Assembly: GCA_025998875.1 (NCBI GenBank)
Contig: AP024675.1
Coordinates: 821,589-885,588 of the forward strand
DNA: 64,000 nucleotides
Source: Bacteroidota bacterium
GTDB lineage: Bacteria > Bacteroidota > Rhodothermia > JANXDC01
Direction of reading: 5' to 3'
How positions within the stretch are numbered: position 1 is the stretch's first letter; every line of letters starts with the position of its first letter. The notes beneath the pieces are model-generated. The model had not been told where the DNA came from and did no database searches. It saw nothing but the letters and a program-made list of their open reading frames with translations. Positions 8,939-19,136 of the stretch are shown piece after piece. The position numbers and the translations under genes were made by a program.

Positions 8939-10427
8939 GGCTTTCTGCGGCGGATTCCGAGAGGATCTGATCCTTGATCTGCATCATGTATGCCACGGCG
9001 GCATCGTGTTCGTTGGGGATTATTCCCTCGAGGATGGCCTCCTCGATGGCGCGCTTGATGCGGCCCACAGCAGGTCCGGGTTTCAGGTTCAGAAGCGCCA
9101 TGATCTCGTGCCCGTCGATAGGGGGGCGCCACTGACGCATCCGGTCCCGCTCCTCGACCTCCCGGATGCGGGCTTCCAGGGTCCGGAGCCGGGCCTCATG
9201 CCGGAGGGCGCGGGCGCGGTTGCGCGTGGTGATATCGGCCCTGGCCAGCAATAGAAGATCTTCGAGATCTTCTCCGGCCTCGAGAATAAGCCGGCGCACG
9301 GCCGAGTCGGTGATCGGCTGACTGGAGAGGGCGATGGGCCGCAGATGCAGGCGCACGAGCTTCTGCACACGCCGCATGCGCTCATCCATCGGCAGGCGGA
9401 GGCGGCGAAAAATAGCCGGGACCATACGCGCCCCCACCTCATCGTGTCCGTGAAAGGTCCATCCCTCTCCCGGGACGAAACGCTTCGTGGGCGCTTTGCC
9501 GACGTCGTGCAACAGGGCCGCCCAGCGGAGCCAGAGCCTACGCTCCTGAGGCAGCTCCTCGCTCAGGGCGGCTACCTGATCGAGTACCTGCAGGGTGTGT
9601 CGGAGGTTGTCCTTATGCCCGTAGCCGGAGACGGTCTCTACGCCCTCCAGAGCGGCAAGCTCCGGCAGCAGCAACTCCAGCAAGCCCGTCTCATGTAGCA
9701 GGGCAAAGCCCTGGCCCGGACGTCGGGTGAGCAGCAGCTTCTGAAGCTCTTCTGTGATGCGCTCCATGGAGACGATCTGGATGCGTTCCCGCTCGAGCCG
9801 GATCCCCTCCAGCGCGGCGGGATCGATCGTGAACTCCAGCTGCACGGCCAGCCTTATGGCTCGGATCATGCGCAGGGGGTCATCGTAGAAGGTGCGCACC
9901 GGATCCAGGGGGGTGCGGATGAGCCCCCGTCTGAGGTCTTCAAGGCCGCCAAAGAGGTCGATAAGTTCTCCCCCCGAGGCGCCCAGCCGAACGGCCAGCG
10001 CGTTGATGGTAAAATCCCGCCTCCGAAGGTCATCTTCCAGCGTGCCCTCTTCGACGAGGGGCTTGCGACTCGAGGCCCGATAGCTTTCCCGGCGCGTACC
10101 CACGAACTCAAGCTGGATGCCTTGGTAAGAGACCATGGCCGTGCCGAACTGCCGGTATACGACCGGCTCAGCCGCGCCCAGAGCCCGGGCCACGGCGCGG
10201 GCGAGCCGGATACCCGAGCCGGATCCGACCACGGCAAAATCAATATCCGGGTGCGTGCGGCCCAGCAGGCCGTCGCGCACGTAGCCACCGACCACATAGG
10301 CCTCCAGGCCCAACCGATCGGCCACCTCGCCAACGAGCTTGAGCAGAGGCTCTTCCCGAACGCGGGCCAGAAAAGCCTCTACGTCCCGGGACGTAGCCCG
10401 CTCAGAAACCGAAGATCCCATGGGCAC
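8925..10427 (-). CDS. tRNA nucleotidyltransferase / poly(A) polymerase family protein with HD domain (CCA-adding enzyme-like)
   Basis: N-terminal VVGGYVRDGLLGRTHPDIDFAV (polymerase-beta head; GGxVRD and DxD). Central HD motif LLHDVGK…HGHDEVG. Confidence 0.8.
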   Translation of the reverse strand: MPMGSSVSERATSRDVEAFLARVREEPLLKLVGEVADRLGLEAYVVGGYVRDGLLGRTHPDIDFAVVGSGSGIRLARAVARALGAAEPVVYRQFGTAMVSYQGIQLEFVGTRRESYRASSRKPLVEEGTLEDDLRRRDFTINALAVRLGASGGELIDLFGGLEDLRRGLIRTPLDPVRTFYDDPLRMIRAIRLAVQLEFTIDPAALEGIRLERERIQIVSMERITEELQKLLLTRRPGQGFALLHETGLLELLLPELAALEGVETVSGYGHKDNLRHTLQVLDQVAALSEELPQERRLWLRWAALLHDVGKAPTKRFVPGEGWTFHGHDEVGARMVPAIFRRLRLPMDERMRRVQKLVRLHLRPIALSSQPITDSAVRRLILEAGEDLEDLLLLARADITTRNRARALRHEARLRTLEARIREVEERDRMRQWRPPIDGHEIMALLNLKPGPAVGRIKRAIEEAILEGIIPNEHDAAVAYMMQIKDQILSESAAESHARS

Positions 10428-11349
10428 GCGTTTTTTCCATCACCTGGTGAAAAACCTGATAGACAAGTGCCGCATCATAAACCGAGACCGGAGGGTCCTG
10501 GTTTCTGTGCACGGCTTCCAGAAAAGCCTCCAGAGAGGCCTGTAGGGGGTCTACCTCGGAAAGCCGGGGCTGTTCTTCGAGCACGTTCAGGGCCTCCAGA
10601 TCGGACCGGGGATGCAGACGCCTCCATTCCAGAAGGCCTGCTGCGAAATCGGCCCTGCCCAGCAGGGCGGGCAGATAGCACCGCAGTTCGTGTACGAAGG
10701 CAAACCCGAGCCGGCTTACCCAAAGGCGAGCCGGCAGTCCGTTTTCGAAGCGCAGACGCACCTCCAGAGCATCCGGTTCCGGATGCAGGCCGGAAACGGA
10801 CACCTGTACGATCTCCACCCCGTGCACGGAGACGGATACAAGCCCGACAAGCAGGGCCAGATTGGGATACAGCCACTCCTCGGCCAGCACGGGCAGGGGC
10901 TGTCGGGATCGAACGGGGAGCTCACAGCGCAGCTCTAACATCTGGGGAGCTCGCCACCGCTCCCGAAGGCCCCGCGTGATCGGATGAAACAGCAGCTCGT
11001 GCAGGGGCAACAGACAGACCCCGCTTTCTTCTACCAGCGCCACCACCTGACGCACCTCATCCCAGGTGCGTCCGATCGGGGCCTCTACCCAGCAGGGCAA
11101 CTGCTGGCGCAGAACCTGACGCAGGAGGGCAAACCGTTCCTCGATCGGCACCGCCATGACCACGGCATCCACCTGCCTGAGCATCCCTTCCAGGCCATCG
11201 AGGCGGGGCAGAGAGGCGGCCGGAGCCGGAGGCGGCGGTGGGGAGATCCAGCCCCCCACTACCTCCACCGAGGGCAGGGTGCAGAGCCGGCGCCACACCT
11301 CCCATCCCCGCCCGTTGCCTATAAACCCGACCCGAATCCGCATGGACAT
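10402..11349 (-). CDS. Gfo/Idh/MocA-like oxidoreductase family protein (tentative)
   Basis: Rossmann start MSMRIRVGFIGNGRG. The block DAVVMAVPIEERFALLRQVLRQQLPCWVEAPIG resembles the Gfo/Idh/MocA NAD-binding domain. Start chosen at the internal MSM (11349) rather than the ORF-track start. Confidence 0.5.
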   Translation of the reverse strand: MSMRIRVGFIGNGRGWEVWRRLCTLPSVEVVGGWISPPPPPAPAASLPRLDGLEGMLRQVDAVVMAVPIEERFALLRQVLRQQLPCWVEAPIGRTWDEVRQVVALVEESGVCLLPLHELLFHPITRGLRERWRAPQMLELRCELPVRSRQPLPVLAEEWLYPNLALLVGLVSVSVHGVEIVQVSVSGLHPEPDALEVRLRFENGLPARLWVSRLGFAFVHELRCYLPALLGRADFAAGLLEWRRLHPRSDLEALNVLEEQPRLSEVDPLQASLEAFLEAVHRNQDPPVSVYDAALVYQVFHQVMEKTRAHGIFGF

Positions 11350-11398
11350 GTCCGATCGCTGGCAAGTTGGCGTCAAGAAGGGCTTTCTTTCAACCAGC

Positions 11399-11971
11399 CT
11401 ATCGGCACCACAGCAGACGGACGGAGAAGACGGCCAGCGCAAGCTCACTGACCAGGAGCGCCGCCCCCGCCACCCGGTCCAGGCGCGCTATACGGCGATA
11501 CAGCTCCGGGTCCCCCGTACGACGATAGCGGTCATCGAGCCGATCCGCTCGGAACTTGTAGTGGATAGACAGGATCCCGGAGCCGATCGCTATCCCCAGC
11601 GCGGTATACTCCACTATCCAGGACGGCTCCTGAACAGAGGGCACCGGCGCCGCTCGGGGGGGATAGGCAACCTGAGGAGCGGCCACCCGGATCGTATCCC
11701 CTGCCCGCACCCGAATCTGCGGCCACAGGGCATAGCCTCCCCAGAGATCCGGCTCCGGCGGCAGGGCGCGCAACCGATACGTTCCCTCCGGCAAGCGCAG
11801 CCGAACGGGGCCAGATACAGGGGAAAGGGAATCCACAACCCAGCGGGCCGGAGCACCAAGCTCCAGCGTCCCCCATCCGCTCTGGGCATATCCCACCTGA
11901 GCAAACAGCGCCCAGAGCAACCCGGCCAGGAAGCGGATTCGCTCAGGGAAATAGCTCAAAGGCCACCACAT
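11399..11971 (-). CDS. hypothetical membrane-anchored protein (signal peptide, PEGA-like segment, C-terminal TM)
   Basis: 190 aa. N-terminal hydrophobic leader, LPEGTYRLRA PEGA-like motif, C-terminal hydrophobic helix. Overlaps the upstream gene by 29 nt. Confidence 0.45.
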   Translation of the reverse strand: MWWPLSYFPERIRFLAGLLWALFAQVGYAQSGWGTLELGAPARWVVDSLSPVSGPVRLRLPEGTYRLRALPPEPDLWGGYALWPQIRVRAGDTIRVAAPQVAYPPRAAPVPSVQEPSWIVEYTALGIAIGSGILSIHYKFRADRLDDRYRRTGDPELYRRIARLDRVAGAALLVSELALAVFSVRLLWCR

Positions 11972-13058
11972 CCCCGTTTTCTCCGAGCACGAAAAGCAGA
12001 TCCCCGCACCGGCTCAGCCCGGCCGCCGGCCTTCCCGGAAGCGGCAGACGCAACCGGATCCGCCCGCTGCGGGGCTCCAGGCCGAGCAACTCTCCGGCGG
12101 TCGTGGCCACCCAGATCCAGGGAAGAGCCGCCACAATCCGGCTCCCGATTCCCCCTTCCGGGTGCAGTTCCCAGCGCACCTGGCCCGTCTGCGCGTCCAA
12201 AAGCCAGATTGACCCACCCCAGGCGGCCACCAGCACGCCCTCATCGAGCACAACGGGGGGAAATACGATCCGGTTCATCTCCGGCCCCATACGCCTCTCC
12301 CAGCGCAAGGCGCCCGTAGAGGCATCTAGGCACAGAACCCGTCCTCGGGTGGTTCCGATCCATATCCGCCCTTGGTGAGCGGCGAGCGCACCGGAGATGG
12401 GCTCCGAAAGGCGCCTTTCCCATCGAAGCCGCAGCTCCAGATCGAAAGCGCGCACCGTCCCGTCCAGCGTGGCGTAGAGGATCCCGTCTCCCATCCACAC
12501 CGGCCCGGTGGCCGCCTGCACGGCGCGCTCTGGGTCCCAGCCCCTGCGCAGCGCGCCCGTTTCCGGGTCCAGTTCCCGAATACCCCCGCGGACGGTACAG
12601 AGCCAGAGCCTTCCTTCCCGATAAAGCGGGGGCACTTCTACGGAAGCCTCTCCAAAATGCCAGCGCACCCGGGCGGTAGCGATCTCGTAGGCCACCAGTC
12701 CAGGCCCTCCAAAGGCCACGGGCACGAACAGATACCGCCCGTCTGTGGCCGGAACGGCCTCCAGGGCACGACCGAAAGTGCGAGCGCCGATTGGGCGTCC
12801 GTCGCCTGCGCGCAGGACGAGCAGGGCGCCCCGACGGGAAGGCAACCAGATATAAGGCCCCGTGCACAGGGGAAAAGCCCATGGGCCGAAACCCGCCCCC
12901 AGATTGCGATGCCAGCGCCGTTGGAGCGGACCATTCGGGGCGGAGGGCAGGACCCGGTCCGATTCGGATTGCTCCTCGGGAATCCGAAGCGGACCGAGCT
13001 CTGCACATCCCAGGCCGCAGAGCACAGCCACCAGCGCTATGCGTGTTAGAAATCCCAT
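11943..13058 (-). CDS. PQQ-like beta-propeller repeat lipoprotein (BamB/YfgL-like)
   Basis: Lipobox-like LCGLGC after a signal peptide. Repeated motifs of the form G.LRW..R…G.G typical of PQQ/BamB propeller blades. Confidence 0.6.
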   Translation of the reverse strand: MGFLTRIALVAVLCGLGCAELGPLRIPEEQSESDRVLPSAPNGPLQRRWHRNLGAGFGPWAFPLCTGPYIWLPSRRGALLVLRAGDGRPIGARTFGRALEAVPATDGRYLFVPVAFGGPGLVAYEIATARVRWHFGEASVEVPPLYREGRLWLCTVRGGIRELDPETGALRRGWDPERAVQAATGPVWMGDGILYATLDGTVRAFDLELRLRWERRLSEPISGALAAHQGRIWIGTTRGRVLCLDASTGALRWERRMGPEMNRIVFPPVVLDEGVLVAAWGGSIWLLDAQTGQVRWELHPEGGIGSRIVAALPWIWVATTAGELLGLEPRSGRIRLRLPLPGRPAAGLSRCGDLLFVLGENGDVVAFELFP

Positions 13059-15937
13059 CCGAAAAACAGCTGTTTAAAGGGACGTTTTTCGACTCGGCGC
13101 CCCCCGTCACGCAGACGCCATCCCCAGTCGTAGCGCAGCACAAAGCCGCCAAAGAGGTTCAGGCGCACCCCCAACCCCACGCTACCCAGCGTTTCGCCCG
13201 CGTATAACTCCGGGATGCGTTTGCTGTATTCCTCCTCCCAGGCATGAGCCAGGTCCAGAAACAGCGCGCCCCGCAGCGTACTCACGCCCAAGGGGGCGAG
13301 CAGGGGCATCCGTGCCCCTATGCCCTCTACGAGGGGGAAGCGCAGTTCCTGGCTCACCAGCCAGGTGTGCCGGCCGCGGATGCCAAAGAGGGGATATCCC
13401 CGCACGTCCCAGCTGCCGCCCAAGAAGAAGCGTCGGGCCTCCCGGCCCTCGTTCCAGCGCAGCTGGGCCCAGAGGGCGTATATCAGATCCCCCCCGATCC
13501 GGGTATATCGACGCACATCGGCCAGGATCGTGTAGTAGCTCACGTTCGAATAGCGCAGATCCGTCGTATAGCCCAGCCCCAACAACGCGCGCAGACCCAC
13601 CACGGGCCCGGTCGGTCCCCAGAGCGTGTTATCGTGCACCCAGGCCAGGCTGTTTGAAAGCAGCAGGGCCCGACGGGCCCGGAGCAGGGTGGTCTTATCC
13701 GACCAGCTCAGGCTGGCGCCCACCTCCAGGCGCTGGAAAACAGAAAAAGGATACTGGAGGCTTCCGTATACCCCGTAGAGGGTCTCCCAGTAGATCGGAA
13801 GCGCCGGACTGGCATCGGGCTCGGTCAGATCGTACTGCAATCCGGCAAGCCGATAGAGGCCGTAGGCGATCGGGGTCCGACGCCCCAGGTGAATACGGCT
13901 CAGGAGCAGGTTCATGCCCTCCCAGAAGCCACCCCCCGCTTGGGTGTTGCTGTAGAGGAGCAGGTAGAGCTGCTCATCTCCCATAAGATCGCTGAAGACG
14001 GCCGCCGCCCCGCCTGTGGTGCCCCAGATGGGGGACTGGCTCAGCTGTCCCTGGGCCAGATCGAGACTGTAGCGTTTGCGGTAAGGCGCGCTGCGCGTGC
14101 TATCGGCCGCAATGCGCCCCGTATCCCAGGGTTCATCGCGCACCTCCGGAAGTGTGGCCGTAAATACGGGGGCGCGCGAGAGGCGCTGCGGAAGTGAATC
14201 CAGCATGCGAATGGTGAATCGATATCCCTCAAAGGCGCTGTAGAGGAGCACCCCCCGGTCCGTGAAGGCCGGATCCAAGGCTCCGGTAACGGTACGGGAG
14301 AGACGATAAAGCGGTCTTCGCATAGCCGAAGCGCCCGAGGTCGAGTCCCCTGTATACGGCCAACCCAGCGCCCACAGATCCGGGGCGCCGGTGAGGGTGG
14401 CCGCAAAGACCAGGTATTGTCCGCTGGGGTCGAACGCCGGGCTCATGCAGTGAAAGGGGCCATAGACCAGATAGCGGATTGCGCCCGTGGCCAGATCATA
14501 GGCGAAGAGGTTACTGTGTCCCTCCCTGCCCCACGGGGTGCGATCGCTGCAGAAGACGATGTATCGACTATCTGGACTCCAGACCGGATCGCGCTCTTCG
14601 TAGATATCCTGCGTAAGCCGCCACCGCAGCCCGCGATCCGGTTCGTATACATACAGATCGGCGTATCCGTCGCGTCCGATGCCCACGAAAACAACCCGGG
14701 CTCCATCCGGACTCCAGGCCGGCGAATACAGAGAAAGCAGATCGGCAAACCGCGCCCGGAAACGCCATTTGCCCCGCTCCACATCGTAGCCATAGAGCAC
14801 ATCGGAGGGTCCAGACCGGGCCACAAAAGCCAGCACCCCTTGAGGGGAAAGGCTTAATTTGCTCTCCAGCTCATGAAAACCCTCCAACGCGGCCGTCTGC
14901 TCCCCGGCGATCAGGCGTTCCGGACTTCCCAGGGGGCGCAGGGTCGAGTCCACTGGAACTCGATACACCCCCGCGTAATCCGCTTTTCGGGCCATGTAGA
15001 AGAGCCATTCCCTGCCGGCGCGATCTCTATAGAAGGCGGGTTTCAGGGTAAAGCCCCCTTCCGTCAGCGCTGGAGCGAGCAGACTGGGCAACGTTTCGGC
15101 CGGCAGGCGGGTATAATAGCGGCTCCGCATCCATAACAGCCATCGCTCCTCCAGCTCCCGGAGCGGGAGCCCCAGTACGGCTTCGAGCACCTTGTTGAAA
15201 TCGGCATGTTTCCAGGACTGTTCAATGAGCAGGCGAAGATGCTCTTCGCTCCACTGATCGGCGATGAATCGGCATAGCGCCTCCCCGATTTTGTACATGA
15301 GATAGGAGCCCTCCACCTTGAAGAGATCCTGTACGGGCAACAGGTAGTTGTTCAGAACCGCGTCGCGCAGGATCATTTCGGCCTGATAGTCCGGCGGACC
15401 AGACCAGTACTCGGCCAGTCCCTCCATGAACCACAGGGGGGGTAGAGGCAGATCCTGACTTACGCGATAGGCACGTCGGATCTGATAGAGCCGGTGGTAG
15501 ATGAAGACGTGCACGAGCTCATGGCGAATGACGCGTCGGAACCGATAGAGGCTGCCGCTAAAGGGCAGGGCAACGCGTCCTTTGAGAAACTCGAAAAACC
15601 CGCCCACCCCTTCTGGAATGAGGCCGGGGGTGATGTGCGTTTGCTGGAAATGCACCGGGGAGCTGTAAAAGATCAGGGGGATGCGCCGTGTCGGCCTGGC
15701 CCCCAGGCGGGCCTGTAGCTCTCGATATTGTTCTTCGGCAAAATATGCTCCTCGTTCGGCCACATCCCGTATGTCCGGATAGTAGTACACGTCGAAATGC
15801 TCCGTGCGGAGCAGAAGCCACGTGAAGCGTTCGTAACGCACCTTGTTGCGGCCGAAGCCGTAGTACTGCGCCTCAACCCGGAGGGCGACACAGCAGAGCA
15901 ACAGGAGCAGTAGGGGCCACATAGAGAGATAATACAA
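13046..15937 (-). CDS. large outer-membrane protein: N-terminal zinc-metallopeptidase-like domain (HEXXH) + TolB-like beta-propeller + C-terminal Omp85-like beta-barrel (tentative architecture)
   Basis: 963 aa. Signal peptide [31 protein letters not shown]…EGLAEY fits a gluzincin HEXXH…E. TolB/DPP-IV-like blades [31 protein letters not shown]-terminal glycine/aromatic-rich region ending …FFGWDF as in Omp85 barrels. Confidence 0.65.
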   Translation of the reverse strand: MYYLSMWPLLLLLLCCVALRVEAQYYGFGRNKVRYERFTWLLLRTEHFDVYYYPDIRDVAERGAYFAEEQYRELQARLGARPTRRIPLIFYSSPVHFQQTHITPGLIPEGVGGFFEFLKGRVALPFSGSLYRFRRVIRHELVHVFIYHRLYQIRRAYRVSQDLPLPPLWFMEGLAEYWSGPPDYQAEMILRDAVLNNYLLPVQDLFKVEGSYLMYKIGEALCRFIADQWSEEHLRLLIEQSWKHADFNKVLEAVLGLPLRELEERWLLWMRSRYYTRLPAETLPSLLAPALTEGGFTLKPAFYRDRAGREWLFYMARKADYAGVYRVPVDSTLRPLGSPERLIAGEQTAALEGFHELESKLSLSPQGVLAFVARSGPSDVLYGYDVERGKWRFRARFADLLSLYSPAWSPDGARVVFVGIGRDGYADLYVYEPDRGLRWRLTQDIYEERDPVWSPDSRYIVFCSDRTPWGREGHSNLFAYDLATGAIRYLVYGPFHCMSPAFDPSGQYLVFAATLTGAPDLWALGWPYTGDSTSGASAMRRPLYRLSRTVTGALDPAFTDRGVLLYSAFEGYRFTIRMLDSLPQRLSRAPVFTATLPEVRDEPWDTGRIAADSTRSAPYRKRYSLDLAQGQLSQSPIWGTTGGAAAVFSDLMGDEQLYLLLYSNTQAGGGFWEGMNLLLSRIHLGRRTPIAYGLYRLAGLQYDLTEPDASPALPIYWETLYGVYGSLQYPFSVFQRLEVGASLSWSDKTTLLRARRALLLSNSLAWVHDNTLWGPTGPVVGLRALLGLGYTTDLRYSNVSYYTILADVRRYTRIGGDLIYALWAQLRWNEGREARRFFLGGSWDVRGYPLFGIRGRHTWLVSQELRFPLVEGIGARMPLLAPLGVSTLRGALFLDLAHAWEEEYSKRIPELYAGETLGSVGLGVRLNLFGGFVLRYDWGWRLRDGGRRVEKRPFKQLFFGWDF

Positions 15938-16026
15938 CCGACCCCCTCCTCCGGGAAAGGGATCGGGCGTCGGATTTCTGGGGACGTATTCCGTATATTG
16001 GGGCGCCTTGGCTGGTGCGCCTGCTC

Positions 16027-16596
16027 ATGGAGCCGCATATTCACGGAGAGCCCGCCACAGGCTGGATCGAGGTGATCTGTGGGGGGATGTTCAGCGGGAA
16101 AACCGAGGAGCTCATCCGGCGCCTGAAGCGCGCCCAGATCGCCCGTCAGCGCGTGGCGGTCTTCAAACCCCGCATCGACACCCGCTACGCCCCGGATGCC
16201 GTGGTATCCCACAGCGAACAGGCATTGCCCTCCATGGTGGTAGCCTCGGCCCGGGAGATCATGGACCTGGCCCGGGAGGCGCAGGTGGTGGGCATCGACG
16301 AGGGGCAGTTTTTCGGAGCGGAGCTCGTTGAGGTCTGTCAGCTGCTGGCCCAAGAGGGCAAGCGGGTCATCGTGGCCGGACTGGACATGGACTACCGGGG
16401 CCAGCCCTTTGAGCCCATCCCGCAGCTGTTGGCTATAGCGGAATACATCACCAAGTTGCACGCTATCTGTGTTCGCTGCGGAGCTCCGGCGCAGTTCTCC
16501 CAGCGTCTGATCTCCCGCGCAGATCGGGTGTTGCTCGGGGCAGCAGACCTGTACGAGCCGCGCTGTCGCCGCTGCTTTGAGCCTCCCGGGATATGA
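16027..16596 (+). CDS. tdk: thymidine kinase
   Basis: P-loop [12 protein letters not shown]-terminal zinc-ribbon cysteines CVRCG…CRRC. Start taken at ATG 16027 (MEPHIHG…). Confidence 0.9.
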   Translation: MEPHIHGEPATGWIEVICGGMFSGKTEELIRRLKRAQIARQRVAVFKPRIDTRYAPDAVVSHSEQALPSMVVASAREIMDLAREAQVVGIDEGQFFGAELVEVCQLLAQEGKRVIVAGLDMDYRGQPFEPIPQLLAIAEYITKLHAICVRCGAPAQFSQRLISRADRVLLGAADLYEPRCRRCFEPPGI

Positions 16597-16621
16597 ACTC
16601 GACCTCCAGCAGGAGGGCAGA

Positions 16622-17947
16622 ATGGAAGCCATTGGAAACGTACTCCGCGGGGCCTTGGGTCTGGTTGTCATTCTGGCGATCGCCTGGATTCTTTCGGCCG
16701 ATCGCAGGCGCATCTCCTGGCGTCTGGTGGGGGTCGGGCTGGGTCTGCAGCTTGCCCTGGCCCTCTTCATTCTCAAAGGGGATGAACTGAGCCGGCATTT
16801 CGCCCCTCTGGGCTGGCCCAAGGCGTTTTTCTCCTGGGTGAGCTCCTTTTTTGTGCTCATTCTGCACTTCACCACGGAGGGAGCGCGTTTTCTGTTCGGC
16901 AACCTGGCCTTAAGCCCGGGCCAGGAGGGGAGCATGGGGGCGTTTTTCGCCTTTCAGGTGCTACCCACGATCATCTTCTTCAGCGCCTTGATGAGCGTGC
17001 TCTACCATCTGGGCCTCATGCAACGGCTTGTGCAGGCCATGGCCTGGGTGATGACGCGCCTGATGGGCACCAGCGGAGCCGAATCCCTGTCCGTGACGGC
17101 CAACATCTTTGTGGGGCAAACGGAGGCGCCGCTGGTGATTCGGCCCTATCTCGGGGGCATGACGCGCTCTGAGCTTCTGGCCGTCATGAGTGGGGGTATG
17201 GCCACGATCGCCGGGGGGGTTATGGCGGCCTATATCCAGATGCTGGGGGACGCCTTCGCACAGGCCCGCGGGCTGGAGCTGGAGACCGCCCGCCTGCTTT
17301 TCGCCGAGCAGCTGCTGGGGGCCAGCGTCATGGCCGCTCCGGCGGCGCTGGTGCTGGCCAAGATACTCATTCCGGAAACCGGCGTGCCCGAAACAGCTGG
17401 AGTAGTACGGGCCCAGGTAGAACGCACCAGCCAGAACGTGATCGACGCCGCCGCCCGGGGTGCGGCCGACGGGCTGAAGCTGGCCGCCAACGTGGGAGGT
17501 ATGCTCATTGCCTTCATCGCGCTCATCGCGCTGGTGAATTACTTCCTGGGCTGGCTGGGCGGCCTGGTGGGCCTGGAGCTCTCCCTAGAGCGCCTTTTCG
17601 GGTGGGCCCTGGGTCCGCTGGGCTGGATTGTGGGCATACCCTGGAGTGAGGCATCCACCTTTGGCTCCCTGCTGGGCACCAAAGTCGTTGTCAACGAATT
17701 CGTCGCCTATCTGGGACTGGCCGACGCCATTCGGTCCGGCCTACTTACGGAAAAGAGCATCACGATGAGCACTTTTGCCCTCTGTGGATTTGCCAACTTC
17801 AGCTCCATCGCCATCCAGCTCGGTGGCATCGGGCCCCTGATTCCACATCGCATCTCCGAGCTGGCTCAGCTGGGGCTGCGAGCCGTTCTTGCGGGCACAC
17901 TGGCCAACCTCATGACCGCCACCATCGCCGGCGCGCTTATGGGCTGA
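16622..17947 (+). CDS. nupC: concentrative nucleoside transporter (NupC/CNT family)
   Basis: Polytopic membrane protein with conserved blocks ([45 protein letters not shown]). Start at ATG 16622 preceded by GGAGGG. Overlaps the tdk 3' end. Confidence 0.85.
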   Translation: MEAIGNVLRGALGLVVILAIAWILSADRRRISWRLVGVGLGLQLALALFILKGDELSRHFAPLGWPKAFFSWVSSFFVLILHFTTEGARFLFGNLALSPGQEGSMGAFFAFQVLPTIIFFSALMSVLYHLGLMQRLVQAMAWVMTRLMGTSGAESLSVTANIFVGQTEAPLVIRPYLGGMTRSELLAVMSGGMATIAGGVMAAYIQMLGDAFAQARGLELETARLLFAEQLLGASVMAAPAALVLAKILIPETGVPETAGVVRAQVERTSQNVIDAAARGAADGLKLAANVGGMLIAFIALIALVNYFLGWLGGLVGLELSLERLFGWALGPLGWIVGIPWSEASTFGSLLGTKVVVNEFVAYLGLADAIRSGLLTEKSITMSTFALCGFANFSSIAIQLGGIGPLIPHRISELAQLGLRAVLAGTLANLMTATIAGALMG

Positions 17948-18024
17948 ATGCCGCTTCTCCGGCGGAACTCGGCCCGTCTTTTGACCGTACATGCGTTCGT
18001 CCCCATACGGAACGTCCGATAACG

Positions 18025-18693
18025 ATGCGTGCGCGGGAAGCGATCCTCCGCCTTCGCCCCTGGGTGGTGTGGATAACCGGGGTGTTGCTCTACGCGGGCG
18101 ACTTCCTCATCAAGCGCCTGCCCAATCCCCGCTCACCGGCCAGTGTGGAGATCTGGCTGGACCGCTTCATTCCGTTTATTCCTGTCTGGGGGTGGGTTTA
18201 CCTGCTGCTCTGGCTTGTATACCTGTTTGGAGCGGCAGGATGGTATATCTATGAGCACCGATCGGACTGGATCCAGATCCGCCGGCTCTGGTTTGCGGCC
18301 CTGTTCATGCAGCTCGGTGCCTGGACGATCCACTACTTTTTTCCCACCTACATGCCCCGCCCCCCGATACCGGAGCAGACCTCCGATCTCCACCTGTGGC
18401 TCATCCACCGCATCTACAGCACCGACCCCCCCACACATGCCCTGCCCAGCCTGCACGTGGCCAGCGTGACCGTGGCCAGCTGGTTTTTTACGCTTCGGGG
18501 CGGTCTGGCCCGCCGGCTGCTGGCCTGGAGTATGGTGGCGGTGATCGCCCTGAGTACCCTCTTTACCAAACAGCACGGCGTTCTGGATGTGGTCGCGGGT
18601 CTGGCCTGGGGGTATCTTGCCTGCTGGGTGGGCTACTATACGGGCCTGGCCTGGAACCGCCTCTCCGTGCGGCTGGCCAGCCTGCGCATTTAA
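18025..18693 (+). CDS. PAP2-family membrane phosphatase
   Basis: Multi-TM protein with PSLHVA (PSGH-like) and TKQHGVLDV (SRxxxxxHxxxD-like) phosphatase motifs. Confidence 0.65.
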   Translation: MRAREAILRLRPWVVWITGVLLYAGDFLIKRLPNPRSPASVEIWLDRFIPFIPVWGWVYLLLWLVYLFGAAGWYIYEHRSDWIQIRRLWFAALFMQLGAWTIHYFFPTYMPRPPIPEQTSDLHLWLIHRIYSTDPPTHALPSLHVASVTVASWFFTLRGGLARRLLAWSMVAVIALSTLFTKQHGVLDVVAGLAWGYLACWVGYYTGLAWNRLSVRLASLRI

Positions 18694-18709
18694 AAATTTT
18701 TCTGTCCCC

Positions 18710-18737
18710 TTGACTTTTCCCGGTTTCTTCGTATCTT
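18710..18737 (+). promoter_or_regulatory. putative sigma70-like promoter of cspA (TTGACT-N16-TATCTT) followed by ~170-nt leader
   Basis: Consensus-like hexamers read by eye. Long 5' UTRs are characteristic of cold-shock genes. Confidence 0.4.
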
Positions 18738-18916
18738 GGGGGCGCTGATTTGCTCCGGCAAATCCTTCCGTCAGGCTTGTGGCAGCTGACGGGTCGACGG
18801 CAGAAGTCTGACACCCTTGTCGGGTTGCAGGAACCCTTCTTCGGTGACCCCATCGCCCAAGGTAGTACGGAAGTAGGTTATCCCGTATGTTTCACCCAGC
18901 AGTAAGGAGCCTCGTC

Positions 18917-19123
18917 ATGGCTCAAGGCACCGTCAAGTGGTTCAACGAGCAGAAGGGGTTTGGATTCATCCAGCCCGACGATGGGGGTAAGGACATCTTC
19001 GTGCACTACTCCCAGATTCGCTCCAATGGCGGATTTCGCACCCTTCGGGAGAATGATCGGGTTCGTTTTGAGGTCGTGCAGGGTCCCAAGGGGCCTTCCG
19101 CACAGAACGTGCAGAAGATCTGA
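18917..19123 (+). CDS. cspA: cold-shock protein (CspA family)
   Basis: [32 protein letters not shown] contains the RNP1/RNP2 motifs of CspA. AAGGAG SD lies 7 nt upstream of ATG 18917. Confidence 0.9.
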   Translation: MAQGTVKWFNEQKGFGFIQPDDGGKDIFVHYSQIRSNGGFRTLRENDRVRFEVVQGPKGPSAQNVQKI

Positions 19124-19136
19124 CCTGATCGAAAAC

